Assembly (NCBI GenBank): GCA_951804945.1
Contig: OX638149.1
Span: 77,376,001 to 77,440,000, forward strand
Direction of reading: 5' to 3'
Length of the DNA stretch: 64,000 bases
Source of the DNA: Podarcis cretensis
Lineage: Eukaryota
Shown: positions 10,242 to 24,900 of the stretch, piece by piece
How the letters are laid out: the number at the start of each line of letters is the position of its first letter
Numbering within the stretch: position 1 is the stretch's first letter
The notes under the pieces: model-generated
Seen by the model: only the letters and a program-made list of their open reading frames with translations
What the model was told of the DNA's origin: nothing
The model's database searches: none
Program-made: the position numbers and the translations under genes

Positions 10242-13200
10242 CCATTGTTTATTTGCATATATTGATTATTTTAAATATCAGTAGATACAAAAATGGCCAC
10301 CAATTGCACTGAAGTGACCAGACAAGTAGGCAATTCTCTCTCCACTTGCCCTATCCAGCTGGCAACTTGAGCAGAACAACACCAACCGCACTACCAGAAG
10401 GACCAAGTTGCAAGGAAAGTGTAACTTAGATACTCTTCACTTCTCATAAGACAGCCTTTCACACTTTTCGCTTTCGCAGAAAACAGTCCCTTTCCTTAGG
10501 GACTTGCTAGCAAAGTATCAGCATTAGTTTTCAATAGCAAAGACTTGGAAATTTCTGTTTTTAGCAGGCATTTATGTGCAGATCTTCCCCTGGTTTGTGA
10601 AAAAGCCACACATCCATTCGCTCTCCTGCATTCCATCTACAACAACAAGGCTTACACTGGCCATAATCCTTCACAAACCTAGTTAAGCACACACAAGACC
10701 ATTGATTTCAGTGGTCTTCCGTTCACTTAACTCGGTGCTGCATTCACAGAAATTAAGACATGGTTTGTGACTATATAGGCTATATAGGACTGATATTAAA
10801 AAGTACAGGGAAAAAGTAGAAAGCAGAGCATCCTCCAAAGGTGCCATGATTAAGAACAACTGAGACACAACTGCCCCACTGTTTCTCCCATGATGCTGGA
10901 GCAAAAGGAATAATGGAGAGATAAGATTTCCAGAATTTTGAAGGGAATCAAAAGTTTTATCTCCCTCAGATTTAAAGACATAACGATCCAAACCCTAAAA
11001 TCTTGCACATACACAAAATGATATGTGTACGACACTTTGTTGTATGCTTTGGTCCTCATGCTTACATGTAAACAGGCTTCTGTGTGTGATTGTGTTGTTA
11101 TTTTGTAAATTCCGCCTCCTCTAACTTTTTTAAAATAGCAAATTTAGTCTTGCATATTATGCAACAGCTTCTTGTGTACACTTTGTCAAAATTTCCAGCT
11201 AGAATTACACACACACAATATATGTGTGTGTTAATTACTAATTTATAGCAGAAACAAGTTTAAAGACACACATTCCTCTGCACTGATTCTCTGCAAAGTG
11301 TCTGTAAGGAATGAATATGGCAGAGTCTTGCTGCATAACGAAACAGCAAAAGAAGGCAGACAGAGGTTGTTGTATGCTTTAAAAAAAAAAAAAACTCCAG
11401 CAAAAACCCCCTCACTACTTTCTGGAGATAACTGCATATGTACTACTCAGCCTAACTTTGCATTTTTCTGAAAAGGTCCTGTTCCATGCAGCTGCTAGAG
11501 ACAGCCACTGGAAGAATGGCGTAACTTCAGAAATAAGTATGAAAATGGTAACAACAATGGTAAAGTTGTGGTTGTACTTCTGCTGCGCATGAAATGGTTG
11601 TGCTGGAGTAGTTTGTGAGATAAAATGACATTTCCTTGATCTTTCAAAAATTATTATTCCAAACAAGTACAACATCTGACATACTGCACTGGATGGACTT
11701 AATATTAAATATTTTATCAGGAATATTTACTATTCAAATTATTCCAGAGGGGTTTTTTTTTGGGGGGGGGATATTGCTTTCACAGTTGCCTTACATACAT
11801 CTCCTGCATTCTCCTAATTTGCCCTACAAATCTGTGACCCTCCAGATGATGTTGGGACTACAATTCCCATGACCCATGACCATTTGTTTTTATTTTGCAA
11901 ACTGCCTGGAGAATTTAACTGATAAGTGGCCATATACATTTAAATAAGAATACATGATAGTAATAACGAGGAGCCATGCTGCCTGGGGATGATGGGAACT
12001 GGGAACTCAACAATAACAATAACTAGAGAGAGAAAGGTCCCCAAGCCCTCATCTACAGACGTCACTAATCTCTGCTCAGCCTACATTACCAAGGTAGCAG
12101 TTTACATCACTTGACAACACGCTAATTCAGCTGCCTGACAGAAGCCCATTTCCTGCTTGCAATTCCCCTAGCACCTGTACATGTCTAGGAAGAAGACCAT
12201 GCTGCTAGATTCTTCATAATTTCTCTCTCTCCCAAATAGGTGGAGAGGTATTGATTATGCTTGGCTACATTTTTGTGACGTCAGTGCCATCTCCAAATAG
12301 ATTTCAGCTTCTAGAATTACAATCTAATCGGTAAAGTTATTCTCAAAGGAAATTATCTAGGTTTCTGAACTCTCAGAACGTAGCTGTATTATAAATCACC
12401 ATCATCTCCACCCCCCGTCATATCTTTATGGTGGTGATACACATCTATACAGAAACTTTGGGTCGCAAGGTAGAAAATAGACCTACATTGGCCAGAATAC
12501 TAATTCCCATTACAAATGTCTCTCTTCTTCCATAGTCTTCTGCCTTACCAGTAATCAGACATTAGCACAAGAAGCTCAAGAGTCTTGTGAAATAGCATGA
12601 GAGAGATTTAAAGCTCATGTACGAACATGATCCTAGAAGAGAAAGAAGAGGAATGCAAGTTTCACCCTTAGATGCCCCTCTGTGGTTAAGTTGGATTCTC
12701 ATGTGGCTTTGGACCCCATGCCTTCACACTCTAAATGGAACCAGTAAACAAAAAGTGTGAAATAAAGCGCAAAAAAAGAGCTACTAGTGCTGCCGAGAAG
12801 GGTAAAAGAACGTGCATGTGTTTTTGAACTATGAGCTGATCAATTTATTCAGGAAGATCAGAGGCAAAAGGAAGTGCAGAAAAAGCAGGCAGAAGAAAGG
12901 CAGAAGGAGAATGGATACTGAGCTGTTTTCACAGAGGAATATAGAAGACAACCAGGAACCAAGAACATCAGTACTATTTATGTAAAAATGCAAAGCACTT
13001 GGCAAAATTCTTAAAGGAGATTTATAATTTTAATATTATGTATTTTAATCTTAATACAGGGTCTATACTTGTCTAATTCCCCTTTGCATTTTCAAACACT
13101 CTCAATCATCTGGGTTGCCCTTCTTTAAAATACAAAGAAGGCTGACCTTTGTCGCTACTATATTAATCAGAATTTTTAGATGGAATATCAATGGGGTCTA

Positions 13201-13528
13201 CGAGAAATCTTTGTGAAAGTATTCCCGGGAGCTGAAAGCAGGAGAACCTGGGATTGATGTATTCAGCACTTTCATTTGTTTTTACCATGGCACCCATGTT
13301 GGGAATGAAATAAATTTCCTGTTAGTGGCGGGGCAGGGGGGAGGGGGTAGAGGGAATCAAACTGCTGGCCCTTGGACAATTTTGTCTGCTGATTTGCAAA
13401 CAACCAGGGCCAGGTAATCACAAAATTGAAGGTTCCCATTCATCCTTTCCTTTAATGCATCAGTAGGGGGGGTTATTGCATGTATCCTTGAAGTTCTGTG
13501 GTGAAAGATAACTCATGTTAAGTGTCGA

Positions 13529-13676
13529 CAGTGCTTTTTTCTGGGGGAACACAGGGGTACACATACCCCTAAACATGTTGTGAATCTAAGTTTGGCCTCA
13601 TTGAGGGGGCAGCATTTCAATATGAGTAGGAAAATGAGAGTACCCCTAAATATATTTTTTTAGAAAAAAAGCACTG
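13529..13676. mobile_element. hAT-type MITE (148 bp)
   Basis: TIRs CAGTGCTTTTTTCT / AGAAAAAAAGCACTG; 8-bp TSD AGTGTCGA / AGTGTCAA. Confidence 0.85.
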
Positions 13677-14741
13677 AGTGTCAACCACTGTGAAACTGTC
13701 ATGTTGGTCACCACAACTAGGTTTTGTAGTGCTGTTCAGTGCAGTGCAGTGGAAAAACTCAGTTTATAGGTATTTAGACTTGTGTGACAAATTAGTCGTG
13801 TGTCAGTAGACTATGAGTGTAAGTCAATAAAGTTTTACTCAGAGGAGACTGAAATGAAACGAACATGACTAAGTTACATCCATTCATTTCAATGGGTCCA
13901 CTCTGGGTAAAACTCAGCTGGCTACCACTCTGTGCATGTGTTTTCCTTCTTCTACATTATAAGATCTTTGAAGCAACGCTTGTTTTCTGTTATGCACGCA
14001 GAATACTTGTCCGCAAGAGTATACTGTAGCTATGCTGGGGCTGGAACACATTAACAGAATGTGTTTGAATCCCTTTGCTTGAGAAGTTGTAGCCTAGAAA
14101 CCCAGCTTGGATTACTGGAAAGTCATTGAAATATCAGAATATGTTCAGAGAGGAATGCACCCTCTTGAATAAGCTGGTCTGATAACACTAACACTAACCA
14201 ACCTTCTGAATAGAAATGCATAAGGATAAGTAGTTCCAAAGAGCAGAGGATAAAAAGAATCATAGCTACAAGGATCAGTTTATGGGAAAACGGAAGTGAT
14301 GGATGTTGCCTGAGTATCAGATAAGGAAGCAAATACTTGGATACAAAGGAAATGCCAAAGTCCCAAGGAAGCAGATTAATACCAGCCAACTCATGAATGT
14401 AGCAGAGATGCTACTTAAGGCCACAAGGAAAGCACTGCAACCGAATGCAGTCCAAAACAGAAGTTTCAAAGTATGAAAGAAGACAGTATCCAGATGGAGA
14501 GTGTAATAGACACTAGTTCTAAATATATTCACCATTTGTTAGGAAGCTATTGTGGCACAGCAAGATCAATGTTGCAGGCAACTTTGCTGAAGAAGCCAAC
14601 ATATTTTCTTTTGCTTCGGTCAAGTAAGAGAAATGATGTGCTTGCCTTCCTTTTGATGCCATATACATGGATATATCAAGAGAAAAGATGGTGATGTTAT
14701 TCAAATTTTGTTTGGAAGTTGATGATGTTAGAAATGTGAAT

Positions 14742-14908
14742 GGGAAGGGTCATGGCTCAGTGGCAGTACAACTGCTTTGCATTCAGAAGGCTCCACATTC
14801 AATCTTCAAGGAGATTCCTGTTTGAAACCCTGGACGCCTGCTGCCAATCAGCATAGACAATACTGAGCTGATAGACCAATGGCCTGACTCAGTATAGGGC
14901 AGTTTCCT
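14742..14908 (+). mobile_element. Squam3-like tRNA-derived SINE
   Basis: GGCTCAGTGG A-box, then GAAACCCTGGA...GCTGCCAATCAG...AGACAATACTGAGCT...GACCAATGGCCTGACTCAGTATAGGGCAGTTTCCT body. Confidence 0.75.
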
Positions 14909-15479
14909 TTCAGAGGCTCCACCCTACCCTCAAAAATGCAAGTGGAAACCCCACCTTAACTTTAGCTAAACCCTTAAGGTCATATCTCCCTCTAACAGAC
15001 CAACACGTTTTTTTTTAAAAAAATCACTTGTCCTTGAGGTATTTGGACATAAATAAGATCACAGCAAGCAAATAGTCTATGCTTTTCTCATGAGAAAAGT
15101 TTTGCTCACTCTCTGGTTTTGTTCACTGTAAATGCCTGCTCTTAGGAAACATGTCATATTTCACTGAAAAGATGATTGGGGAGGGAGGTGTTGTCAATTT
15201 CAAAACAAAACAACCATCCCACAACAGTCCAATTTTTACTTCTGGTATTATTCCTATATCCATAAATTTTCCAGAAACCTCAGTGTATCTCTGTTACCAC
15301 TCTTTCAGCTCTTCCCTTAAGGCCCCTTATCAGCATTCATTAGTACGGAATTATAAGCAAAAAGAAATGATGCCAAAGTCTGATACACTGTTGGGAGAGC
15401 TCAACTCTGACCAGGGCCAATGGGCCTCCTTTATGATGAGAAGTCTGGTGGTGGCCACTGCCTCCATTTCTGGTTTCCC

Positions 15480-15600
15480 CACCTCACAAATGATGATACA
15501 GAGTTAGAAAAGGTATTGAAAAGGGCACATAAAATAATGGCAAGATAGGGACACCTTCCCTAAGAAGAACGGCTAAAGCATTTTGAGTACTCAAACTTAA
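15480..15600 (+). mobile_element. CR1 ORF2 fragment
   Basis: Reads as ELEKVLKRAHKIM...LP.EERLKHF, resembling the CR1 ELEKVQRRATKM...LPYEERL motif. Confidence 0.55.
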
Positions 15601-16790
15601 AATGTCTAGGACAGGAGAGGGAACTTTTTTTGACTCCATGGGCCAGTTCCTTATCAGGATCAGTCTTGTGGGTCAAATGTGACAGGCGGATGGGATCACC
15701 CACCTGTCAATTTTGTGATAATAACATGATTGAGAGAGTGGGCAGCCACACTCACCTGTTAAAATCCCTTGCTGGAGAGCTGTTAAAATGCAGAGCAGGG
15801 GAGGTGCTTTGGAAAGCAGTTTGGCAGTTTAGCCCCTGCTCAGCATGCACCTCTCAGGGAAAGGGATAAAGAAGCCCTTTCCCAAGGAACAGCCTTCTTT
15901 AAGGGGTCTTTCCCCCCTCCTCTTGGGACGCATGACTTCTTTGTGCGGTGATCCAGAAAAATACTGGGTCTGTGTGATTCAGCTGCAATCACCTCTTTCC
16001 AAGGGAAATGCACACGCAGAGAAAGCAAGCAGACTAGGCATTTTTCTGCTGTGTTCTTTGGCTGTGTGTGCCTGTTCTGAAGAGTGAGCAGGCGCACATG
16101 ACCAAACTAAGCATGATTTGTCCACTGCATGTCAGCTGTTAAGTGGGGGTTAAATCCTACAGTGCAGAATTGTGCCAAATGACACTAGGCAATGGTAAAT
16201 GTTCTTACACCCAGTGGCTAAACTAGAAACAGAAATCTACCAGTGAATGGCACCGTTTTCTAATTTCAGACACCCTTTCCTCAATATGCTATAGGCTCAA
16301 CAGTACAGGAATTGCAGAAAGGCCCTGTGACATGTATCAGGGAGCCATTACAAAGCACACCCTCCTGAGCGCCTGGGAGCATCACACCTCCTTCACATTT
16401 TGTTTCCCACAACCAACATGGGTGGTGAACACCAGCACACCCAGGCTGCTGTGCAAAGGGTGAACTGACTCTTAGCAAATTTGCAAGTCATTTCTCCACA
16501 AATATATTTTAAGGAATTCTACAAAGGTTTAATTTGTGTAAGTTGGATCCAGCTGCTAAGTATCTGAAAATCTGACCCAAGGCATTCACTGTGACATTGA
16601 AACCAGTAACACCAAGGAAAATGTCTGGATTTTAAGACAAAACAAAACTCCTCATTGGTAGCCATTCTACACTGTAGTGCAATTGTAACAAAACCCCTTT
16701 CTGTCCATCGCAATGAGTTGCTTAAAACATAGTAAATTTAGGCCAGCACTGCGTTTCCAATAGTGATCAATTCCTAATGCACTATAAAAG

Positions 16791-16934
16791 GCACTCATCT
16801 CAGTTTACTGGCTGAGGGAGCCGGCGTACAGCTTCCGGGTCATGTGGCTAGCATGACTAAGGCGCTTCTGGCGAACCAGAGCAGCGCACGGAAACGTCGT
16901 TTACCTTCCCGCCAGAGTGGTACCTATTTATCTA
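16791..16934 (-). mobile_element. Sauria SINE internal fragment
   Basis: Aligns closely by eye with 2099-2243. Confidence 0.88.
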
Positions 16935-19851
16935 CGAAGCATTAATAAATCACTTTGTTCTCTGTTGTTCACTCCAGCAATTTAAGGTCAAGGAATACAG
17001 TGAGCGTGTCTTGTCCTGAACTTCTTAGGCAATTAATTTAGCTTTTGAAAAGACCACTACTCTTGTCTTGTTTACATAGTCACTTGAAGCAACGCCTAAT
17101 TGGCAGACATGGTCACATTTGCTTACAGCATCAAGGAGTAATTTAAAGTCTACATAAAACTGAAAGAAAGACTATCCAGAATCCATATACCTCCTTATTG
17201 TCACCAGGATACAAGCCAATGAAAAGAATACTGTGGCTCACTGTAGTAACTCATTTGGGCTGAGCCACAGGAAGCACAATGTGATCGGGACAACTCAGAA
17301 GTAATAAGCATGGAGGAGCAGCTTATTCTGATCTGTAAGATTCCCTCTGTAAGCTAAATTGGAACAATGGTATTTATATAGGGTAACAACTACAATTTAA
17401 CATCCTTCAAAACAGTTTGGAAATCATCAGTTAAGTAAGGAAGTCCTGGCTATGTTGACTATACTTCCAAAGATGAAAAAGAATCTAACTGTGGAAGGAT
17501 GTGTGGATCCAGAATTGGCCTCCAAAGTCACTTACGGACACACCGTTAAGACCGTGCTCATGGAAGACAATCTTACTCAGCCACGAGTGATCGCCAAAGA
17601 AGAGAGAAATAGAAGGACATTCACAGCAGGAAACTGCCAATAAAGATAGTTGGATTAGAAAAAATATAACAGGACACCTCTTAGCCATGAAGTGTTCCTT
17701 CACAACTGAAAATAACAGATGTGCATACCAGCCAACAAGCTCAGCCGTCACTTTTTCCAACTCCTATGCTTCTGGCCGCTTTTTCATTTTAAAAGTGCTG
17801 AATAAAGAATTAAAGCGTTTATCTATTCATTTCTCCAAAAGTAGTGAAACTTCCTTAAAAGTGCAAAACTATTCCAACCAGGGGAAGAACTTATGGTGAC
17901 ACTGTGGGGTGGGATGAGGCATCCAATCTGTGCAGTGCATAGCGTGCAGAACTCAGCCCTAGAGAGGAACATGAATGCTTCAAGAGAATACAGGGACCCC
18001 AAACCTAACCACTCTATGCCTGCTATATCTGCCTTCCTCCACATTCCACATTTTCCACACTTCTTGTTCTTCCCTCTTTTCTTATTCTCCTTAAGAGAGT
18101 ATCTTCAGGTGTACTTTCTCCCAGATGCTTTGGGATTTCCACAGAATACAGCATGCTGTATTATTCATGCCTGTTCATTAACTTATATTTATTTATTAAA
18201 GGTGGATCTCATTAGTGTCACAATGACGATTATGTCACTATACCTGTGTTCCATGGCAAAGTGACAAAGGCAGCAACCCATGTCTAATAGCTAGCCAATG
18301 GCAGCACAATGTCCATTTTACTCTTAGTGCTTCAAGAATCACGAAGTAGATCTTAGGTTTCTATGTAGCTAGAGCAAACAGGAGCAATTCAGCAGAACTG
18401 TTTCACATCAATAGCTCTCTGTTGCTGAAGCCCATGGGTGGGAAACCTGGAAGCCTGTAGGTCTGATTTGGCCACTGAGGCCATCCTCATCCCAACGCAC
18501 CCACCTGTTACTCACCTGATGTCGCATGAGAGCCACGGCTGCTAAGGAACTATTGGGAACCTTAGGGTGTGCTTCCATTGTTCCTTTGCAAGTGCAGCCT
18601 GTATCGAGTCCAGTTTAAATTTTGCAACGGTGTCATATGTCATCAGGTGATTGACAGCTGCATAGCTCTGCCCATCTGACAAATGTGGTTGGTGCACTGA
18701 TCATAACTAGATCGCGCCTGCCACCTGAAAATGGATCCTCACAACTGCTGAAGTCAATTGGTGATTGCTCTGGGTTGGTGCACCATGTGAACACCTTGCT
18801 TGTGCCAGCTGCTGATTTCTTCCACAAATGGGTGCTCTAGGTTGTTCCCTTTGAGCAGAAGCTGCAGTTCTGTACACTAGCATGGCAGCAGCAGCAGCAG
18901 TAGCAGCAAGGGTCACTGTCTCCTGGCCTTGCTCCTGTGCCTCTAACAGGAGCCTGCCAGTGTCATGCAGAAATTTAGCAGCTGAAATATTTGCTGGCAT
19001 GGAGGTAAGTGTTGTGGAAAGCTTTGCCTTCTTTATTTCTGCCGTAAAAGAAACAGGAGCAGGGCTAGGGAGTGGCAGGGCGATGAGTGGCAACCCCAGT
19101 AGCAGAGTTGGGTAGTGCTGTGTAAAACTGTGGCTTCTGTTGGGATGAGTGAATCAGAGAGCCACATGCCCTTGTCTTCATTCTGACTGATCAGCTTGAA
19201 TTATTATGGGGTTTTAGTGCTGCATTTCTGCATGATGGTGGAGCGTTACACTTGGTGATTACTTACACAAATTCTGAATGTTACCCTTTGTTAAATAGAT
19301 GGCTGCTTCGCCCCAATTCTGTGCCTCTGAAAGAATCCCCATGGCTCCTTTATGGGCAGGGAGCAATTCTCTCAAGTTATCCTAGGCAAGTCACTTCACA
19401 ATGGGGCAGGCAGAAGCTGAGCCTCGTTGGCTGAGTCTCTTTGCAAGGGAGGGAGGGGTCACTCCCTGGTCCCCACTTTTTCAAGAGAGGGAGGGGGCTT
19501 GGGGAGGGGAGTTCTTCCCACCCTCCACCAGCCCACCCGCCTGTTCTCATGATGGCAGGCCGTTGTGACTCTTGGACAGGCTAGCTGGGGCTGGGCCAAA
19601 CTGCAGCACACTCATTTGCCACATACTATTGGGGGTCACTGCTTGCTTCTTGTTTCTGTATAAGGCGGACATGTGAGGTGAATCCCCACTTTGGAAAACA
19701 GGTACTGGAGCATTCATTGGGTATCTGCCACAGCAATAATTAAGGACAGAAACTGAAGGCCTCCCTGTCCAGTGGCCAACTGGCCATATCAATTTTCTCT
19801 GTTGGCTCTCCCTGACAAAAGAGCACCTTCTGCCCTTCTGAGCACCCTAAC

Positions 19852-19908
19852 TTAAGAAGGATATTGACAAGCTGGAAGGTGTGCAGAGGAAAGCAACCAA
19901 GATTATGT
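19852..19908 (+). mobile_element. CR1 ORF2 fragment
   Basis: Translates as KKDIDKLEGVQRKATKIM. Confidence 0.6.
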
Positions 19909-20705
19909 ACAACAGAAAAATGGTATGTTCATATTTCTCTGTTCTGAGTTGCCATATTCTATTTTTGGAACGAACTATAGAAAGAAAGGAGATAACTTTG
20001 GTGATAGGGGAGTAGAGAGAACAGGGATTAAGCGTGAGTCTCTCAAGTCGAGGAGGATGAGCTGTTCAGTGGAAATTTGTTCACTTTACACTTGTAGGCC
20101 TCACAGTTTGTTTCCATCAAAAGCAAAACAGTGAGTTGGGCTGCAGTTAAGCTTATGTACAGTAGCTAAGGATGCAACCACCGGATGAGATATTTCATTT
20201 GTAGTGGGAGCAAGAGAGGAATTTCCCTAGGGACAGTGGGGTGAGACTGATGGAATGAAGGCAGAACCTTGTTGTCCTCTTTTCAGCATGAGCTGGGGGG
20301 GGGGGAGCCAGGCAGTAGCACAGCAGAAAGGCAAGTGGTATACGGCTGCAGAACAGAGAAAGGTTGATTTGAAAGTGAAGTCAGAGTAAAGGCTTAAAAG
20401 CATGTATAACATCACCAGACATCTTTTTTGGAGGGTGGGGGTGGGGTGGAGGAGGTAGTGTAAGAACAGGAATTTGCAAGACTGTGGAACCACGGATGCA
20501 GTGGTTGTGCAACATGGCAGGTCTGCGCACACGTGGAGGAAAAAACTGGGTGATGTGTGTGTTCAAAAGGCAAGCAAGAGGTAAAGTGGGTGGTCATAAA
20601 GAGTGTCCAGAAAAGGGAGAAGTGAAAGGGTAGTCAGGTAGTCAGGTTGTTCAGTGGAGGCTGGGGGCTGGTGGGGGGGAGAGAAGGTAGAAGGGAAGTT
20701 CTTAC

Positions 20706-20753
20706 CACATTTGGAAAGTCTCCCAGTCATCAACTCCATACAGTTAGTGGTGT
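20706..20753 (-). CDS. BRSK2: BRSK2 48-nt exon: DTTNCMELMTGRLSKC
   Basis: gatctag| and |gtaaga; phase 1/1; lies within ORF 20563..20880. Confidence 0.96.
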
Positions 20754-21755
20754 CTAGATCATAAGAGTGGAAAGAGGAAGGAGGGAAAACAATATAAAAA
20801 AATCGTTTCCAGATCTCTTCGTAGAAGGCAGTAATGTAGCAAACTTTTTCCTGGAGCAGAAGTATATATGGGATTGGCATTTCTACACTCAGTTGAGATT
20901 CTTCCTAAACTTATGCTAGAAGTGGTTTTTTTTTAATCAATCATGTAACACAGAGCAAACACTTTCTCCTCCCTATCCCTGCCATATATTTAATATATGT
21001 GTTACAATGAATGTCCAAGATTTGGTGACTTTTACATCCTGGCTACCTCAGACAAATTTTGTGAAAAATTTCCAAAAATCTAAAGGCCCACAAGTGAATT
21101 CTGAGAGCTAATCAAATGTCAGCATTTACTTGGGTATGTCTGAAAGATGAGAGAAATACAACAAATGACAACTAGGACTGGCTTCATTCCCACATGAATG
21201 CTGACATTCACCAAATTTCATACATTCACTGTAAAACCTACAGAAAGAAAAATAAAATACTTTGCAACATAGAAATCCCTGGAAAAGGCTGTTCAGCTAG
21301 ATCAAATGTGTGAGTCCATTATGATGACTCATAGCACTATGAGCATCATTGTCACTAAAATAAAAGCAAAGTATTATTCTACATGTACTCAAGATGCCAA
21401 GCTATCTTCTTTCACTACTACCTCGTCCACCTCGGGAGCTATAAATGCTATGATATCTTGGGCTTCTCCAGACAACTTATTTTATCCCTTAAAACATTCA
21501 TAGCCTGCTTCTCCTAAGAGTTTATGGCGGCTAGTAAAATGGAAAGAATTACAAAAAGAGTGGGGAAAAAGTATATTTATTTATTTAAAACTACCTCCAA
21601 AAATTTCTTCCTATTGCTAGCAATAAATGCAGTTTCAACTTGGCGCCAGCAGTAATAATAGCATCCCCCATGAAAAGGGTTGGGGCTATCCCTCTTTCAA
21701 AGGAGGGGGCAGTCATTCCCCTCCTTGCAGAGCTGTGTTTTGGGAGAAGGGATTA

Positions 21756-21996
21756 CAGTGGAACCTTGGTTGTCAAATGTAATCCGTTCCAGAAGACTGT
21801 TCGACTTCCGAAATGTTTGACAACAGAGGCGCAATCGCTGGTTGGCAAATCCCTTTAAAAAAATGGAGAAATGTGCCTTGGAAGCCATTCGACTTCCGAG
21901 GCGCGTTCGAAAACAGAAGCATTCACTTCCAGGTTGTCGGTGTTCAGGTTCCGAATTGTTCGGTTTCTGAAGCGTTCGACAACCGAGGGTCTACTG
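21756..21996. mobile_element. Tc1/mariner (Tigger/pogo-like) MITE
   Basis: TA flanks; imperfect TIRs CAGTGGAACCTTGGTTGTCAAA / TTCGACAACCGAGGGTCTACTG; CpG-rich internal TTCGAC repeats. Confidence 0.85.
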
Positions 21997-24900
21997 TACT
22001 TCAAAAATGAGACACATTCAGGATGGCAGCCATAAGGGGTGGGTCAGGGCAAGAATATGTTTTGACAGTAACAGTACAAGTTTGGGGCTTGTGAAAAGTA
22101 ACGACTCCAGGAGCAGCCCATTCCGTTTTGGCGCCTGAGGTGAAAAGGGAAGTTTCCATTTCCCCCTCTCCCAACGCTAAAGCCAGAGTTTTGCTGCTGC
22201 CGATTCTCTTTAGTTCTCTAGGGAAGGCAAGAGGTACCTGGGGAACTCTGTTTGCTGGAGAAGTAAGAAGTGGCAGTAGCAAGAGCTCTTCCTGGCAGAA
22301 TCTTGCTGCCTGAGGCAATTGCCTTGGTGAGCCTAATCATAACACTGGCTCTGCTTGACTCACAAAGGAAGTACGGCAGTTGGTGGTAGGTTTTTGGCTG
22401 CCGCCCCCTTGTGTCTTATCTTATGCTGAACAGCATAACGACAGAGCATGTTAAGGCAGCTTCCACACTAGGGCTCTTTAACACTGCTCAGACATTGCTC
22501 TCTTGCGATGAGCCTGAAGCAAAAAGAAACAGTGGCTCTGCAATATAGCACCATATATTGCCTATAACCATGATGGCCGTGTCTATCTCCATGGGCAAGG
22601 TATTAAAATATGTTAACCTAGCAGCAAGTTCCATACAGCCATGTTTCTGCTTCTCGTGGCTAATGGCCCTTTAATTAGGTCCTTCCTCCTTTGTCTCATT
22701 GCTATTAAAACAATGCCAGAGCAATCCTATGCATATCTACTCAGAAGCACGTCCCACTGAATTCAGTTGGGGTTGTTCATAGGCAAGTGTCTCTAGGACG
22801 GCGGCCCTCAGAGACATTCCAGCACTTCCTCCTTTGCAAAGCGGGAAATGCCTTGCTAGCAAAGATGGCTAAAGACAGACGTTCTCTAAAAGGGGTTAGG
22901 TTGTATAAATGTTAGGGTAGAAGAGCAAAGCAAAAGGATAGGTATGCACCAAACAATCCAGCAGGAAGGGATCTTGGAAAAGAGAGGCAGGTCTGGGGTG
23001 ACTGTAGATAAGGGAGCATGATCAGAAATAGCAATGTGAGGAAGGGTCCAGTAGGGAGTTGAGAATCTGACTGAGAAACGGCAGCCACCTCTTCCTGCAG
23101 AGGCCTTGCACAAGGTGAGAATGTTACAGAAAACAAGGAAAACTAGTTATTTAAAAAGTGAAAGGAGAACTTGGAAAGAGTGCATCCATGGGACAAAGAT
23201 GAAAGACAAGGCTATCAATGGCCACCAAGTCATGAAGACTCTATATACTGTCTGGGGAACAACTGTTGCTGGGGAACAACAGAAGAGGGCCACTGAACTC
23301 ATGTCCTGCTTTTGGGCTTTCCAGGGGCATGTGGCTGGCTACTGTGTTAAGCGTCCCAGTGTGTACATCCTTGTATTTTCCCTCTTTGCTAACATTGCTG
23401 GATCTGTTAGCATATCTATAGCAATTATTGAAAAGTCTGACAGGTTCTCAGGACTGAACGGTTTAGCAACTGGCTTCACCCCCTTTTTTGGTTTCTAAAA
23501 CATGTTGGTTGTAGTTTTTATTATGTTCTGGATATGACATCCCTTTTTTGCAGTCAATTATATGGATTATATTGCAAGATTTGCTAGTGATGTTCTGTTT
23601 TAACAAAAAAAGGTGGAGCAATCCGTAATGGCTATCTTGAAAAAAGCTTAATTTCACTTTACCAGAGCAGGTGATGAAGGCAGAAGCTGATACACTTTGC
23701 TACATAAATAAAGCTCTTTTTGTTAATAAAAATAACATATATATTATTTTAGTGATTAACCAAATCCTAAAAGGAATCCAGAACTGGCTTGTATGAAGTA
23801 CTATTTGACACCCCTCCCCCCGTGTGTATACACATACACAAAACTGGGCATCCATGCAATTTGTTGGTGAAGATTTCCGTCAACTGGAGCTCTCCAATAA
23901 CCCAGCCATATACCAGTCCTGGTCTGCATATGCAGCAGAACGCTGAGGTGCTGGAATAAACTGTGCCTCTTTGGACTGCAGATATGAGATACCATGTCTG
24001 AATGCTCTTCTGTGTGAAAATTCTCTACAAACGGGAAACTAGAGCATTGTGGAGACAGTTTCAGTCCACCTTTCTGTTGTGCAAGTCTTCTACTTATAGA
24101 GTCTCCTGTTGTTGTTTAAACACAGAGAAATATTACAAAAAAATAATAATAATAACCCCCCACCAGTAGCTCATAGTGATAAAGCATGTTCTGCAATTTC
24201 AACACTCATATCATCTCCTCCTTCTTATTTTCTCAATGAATGGCAGCTTTATTTCACAAACACAGATGCTGGAAACTGCAGTCCTATTCAGAGATTGTTG
24301 CATTTCAGAAATAACCAATGATTTCTACTAAAGCTTCTGTGTAAAAAGTTCAGCAAGATTCACATCAAGACCTACCAAAGAATAAAGCACTACAATTATG
24401 CAGGCCTCCCCTTCATCCCACAGGACATTTAAAACGGCTTATCAAAATAATAAGCGTTTAAGTTTGCATAAATACATAAAGATGAGATGAAGGAACTGTG
24501 TGGGACCTACTTTAAATACATTGGTTTCTGATGCTTATCTGATTCTGAAAATAAAGTCAGCAGGTTGCAACCCAGAAATCCCAACCTTTCCTTAATATTA
24601 ACAATGCAGGAAGTGTAGTAAGCACAAAATGTCCCACTGCATTGTTAATGGTTACGTATAGCCTATTGCTGGAAGCTGGAACTTGCAACAATGGCTGAAA
24701 AGTTTAGGAACCACCATAGACTTAAACAGGGAAGGGGAAAAGCAGAGAATTCACTGCTCAGATGAAACAATGGATTGCTTTAATACTGCCATTTATGGAA
24801 AGGGATACACAGACAGTTAACTCCTTCCCAGAGGAGGTGTCTGCTAGAGGAAAGCAATCAGTCCTGATAACAGAACTGGTATCATATGGAAATAATCACT

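Noticed and set aside
20563-20705. Read-through of the DTTNC exon into the intron (GKNFPSTF...LLLAF*)
   Set aside because: The donor is good and a ~47-codon open stretch in C-rich DNA is expected by chance.
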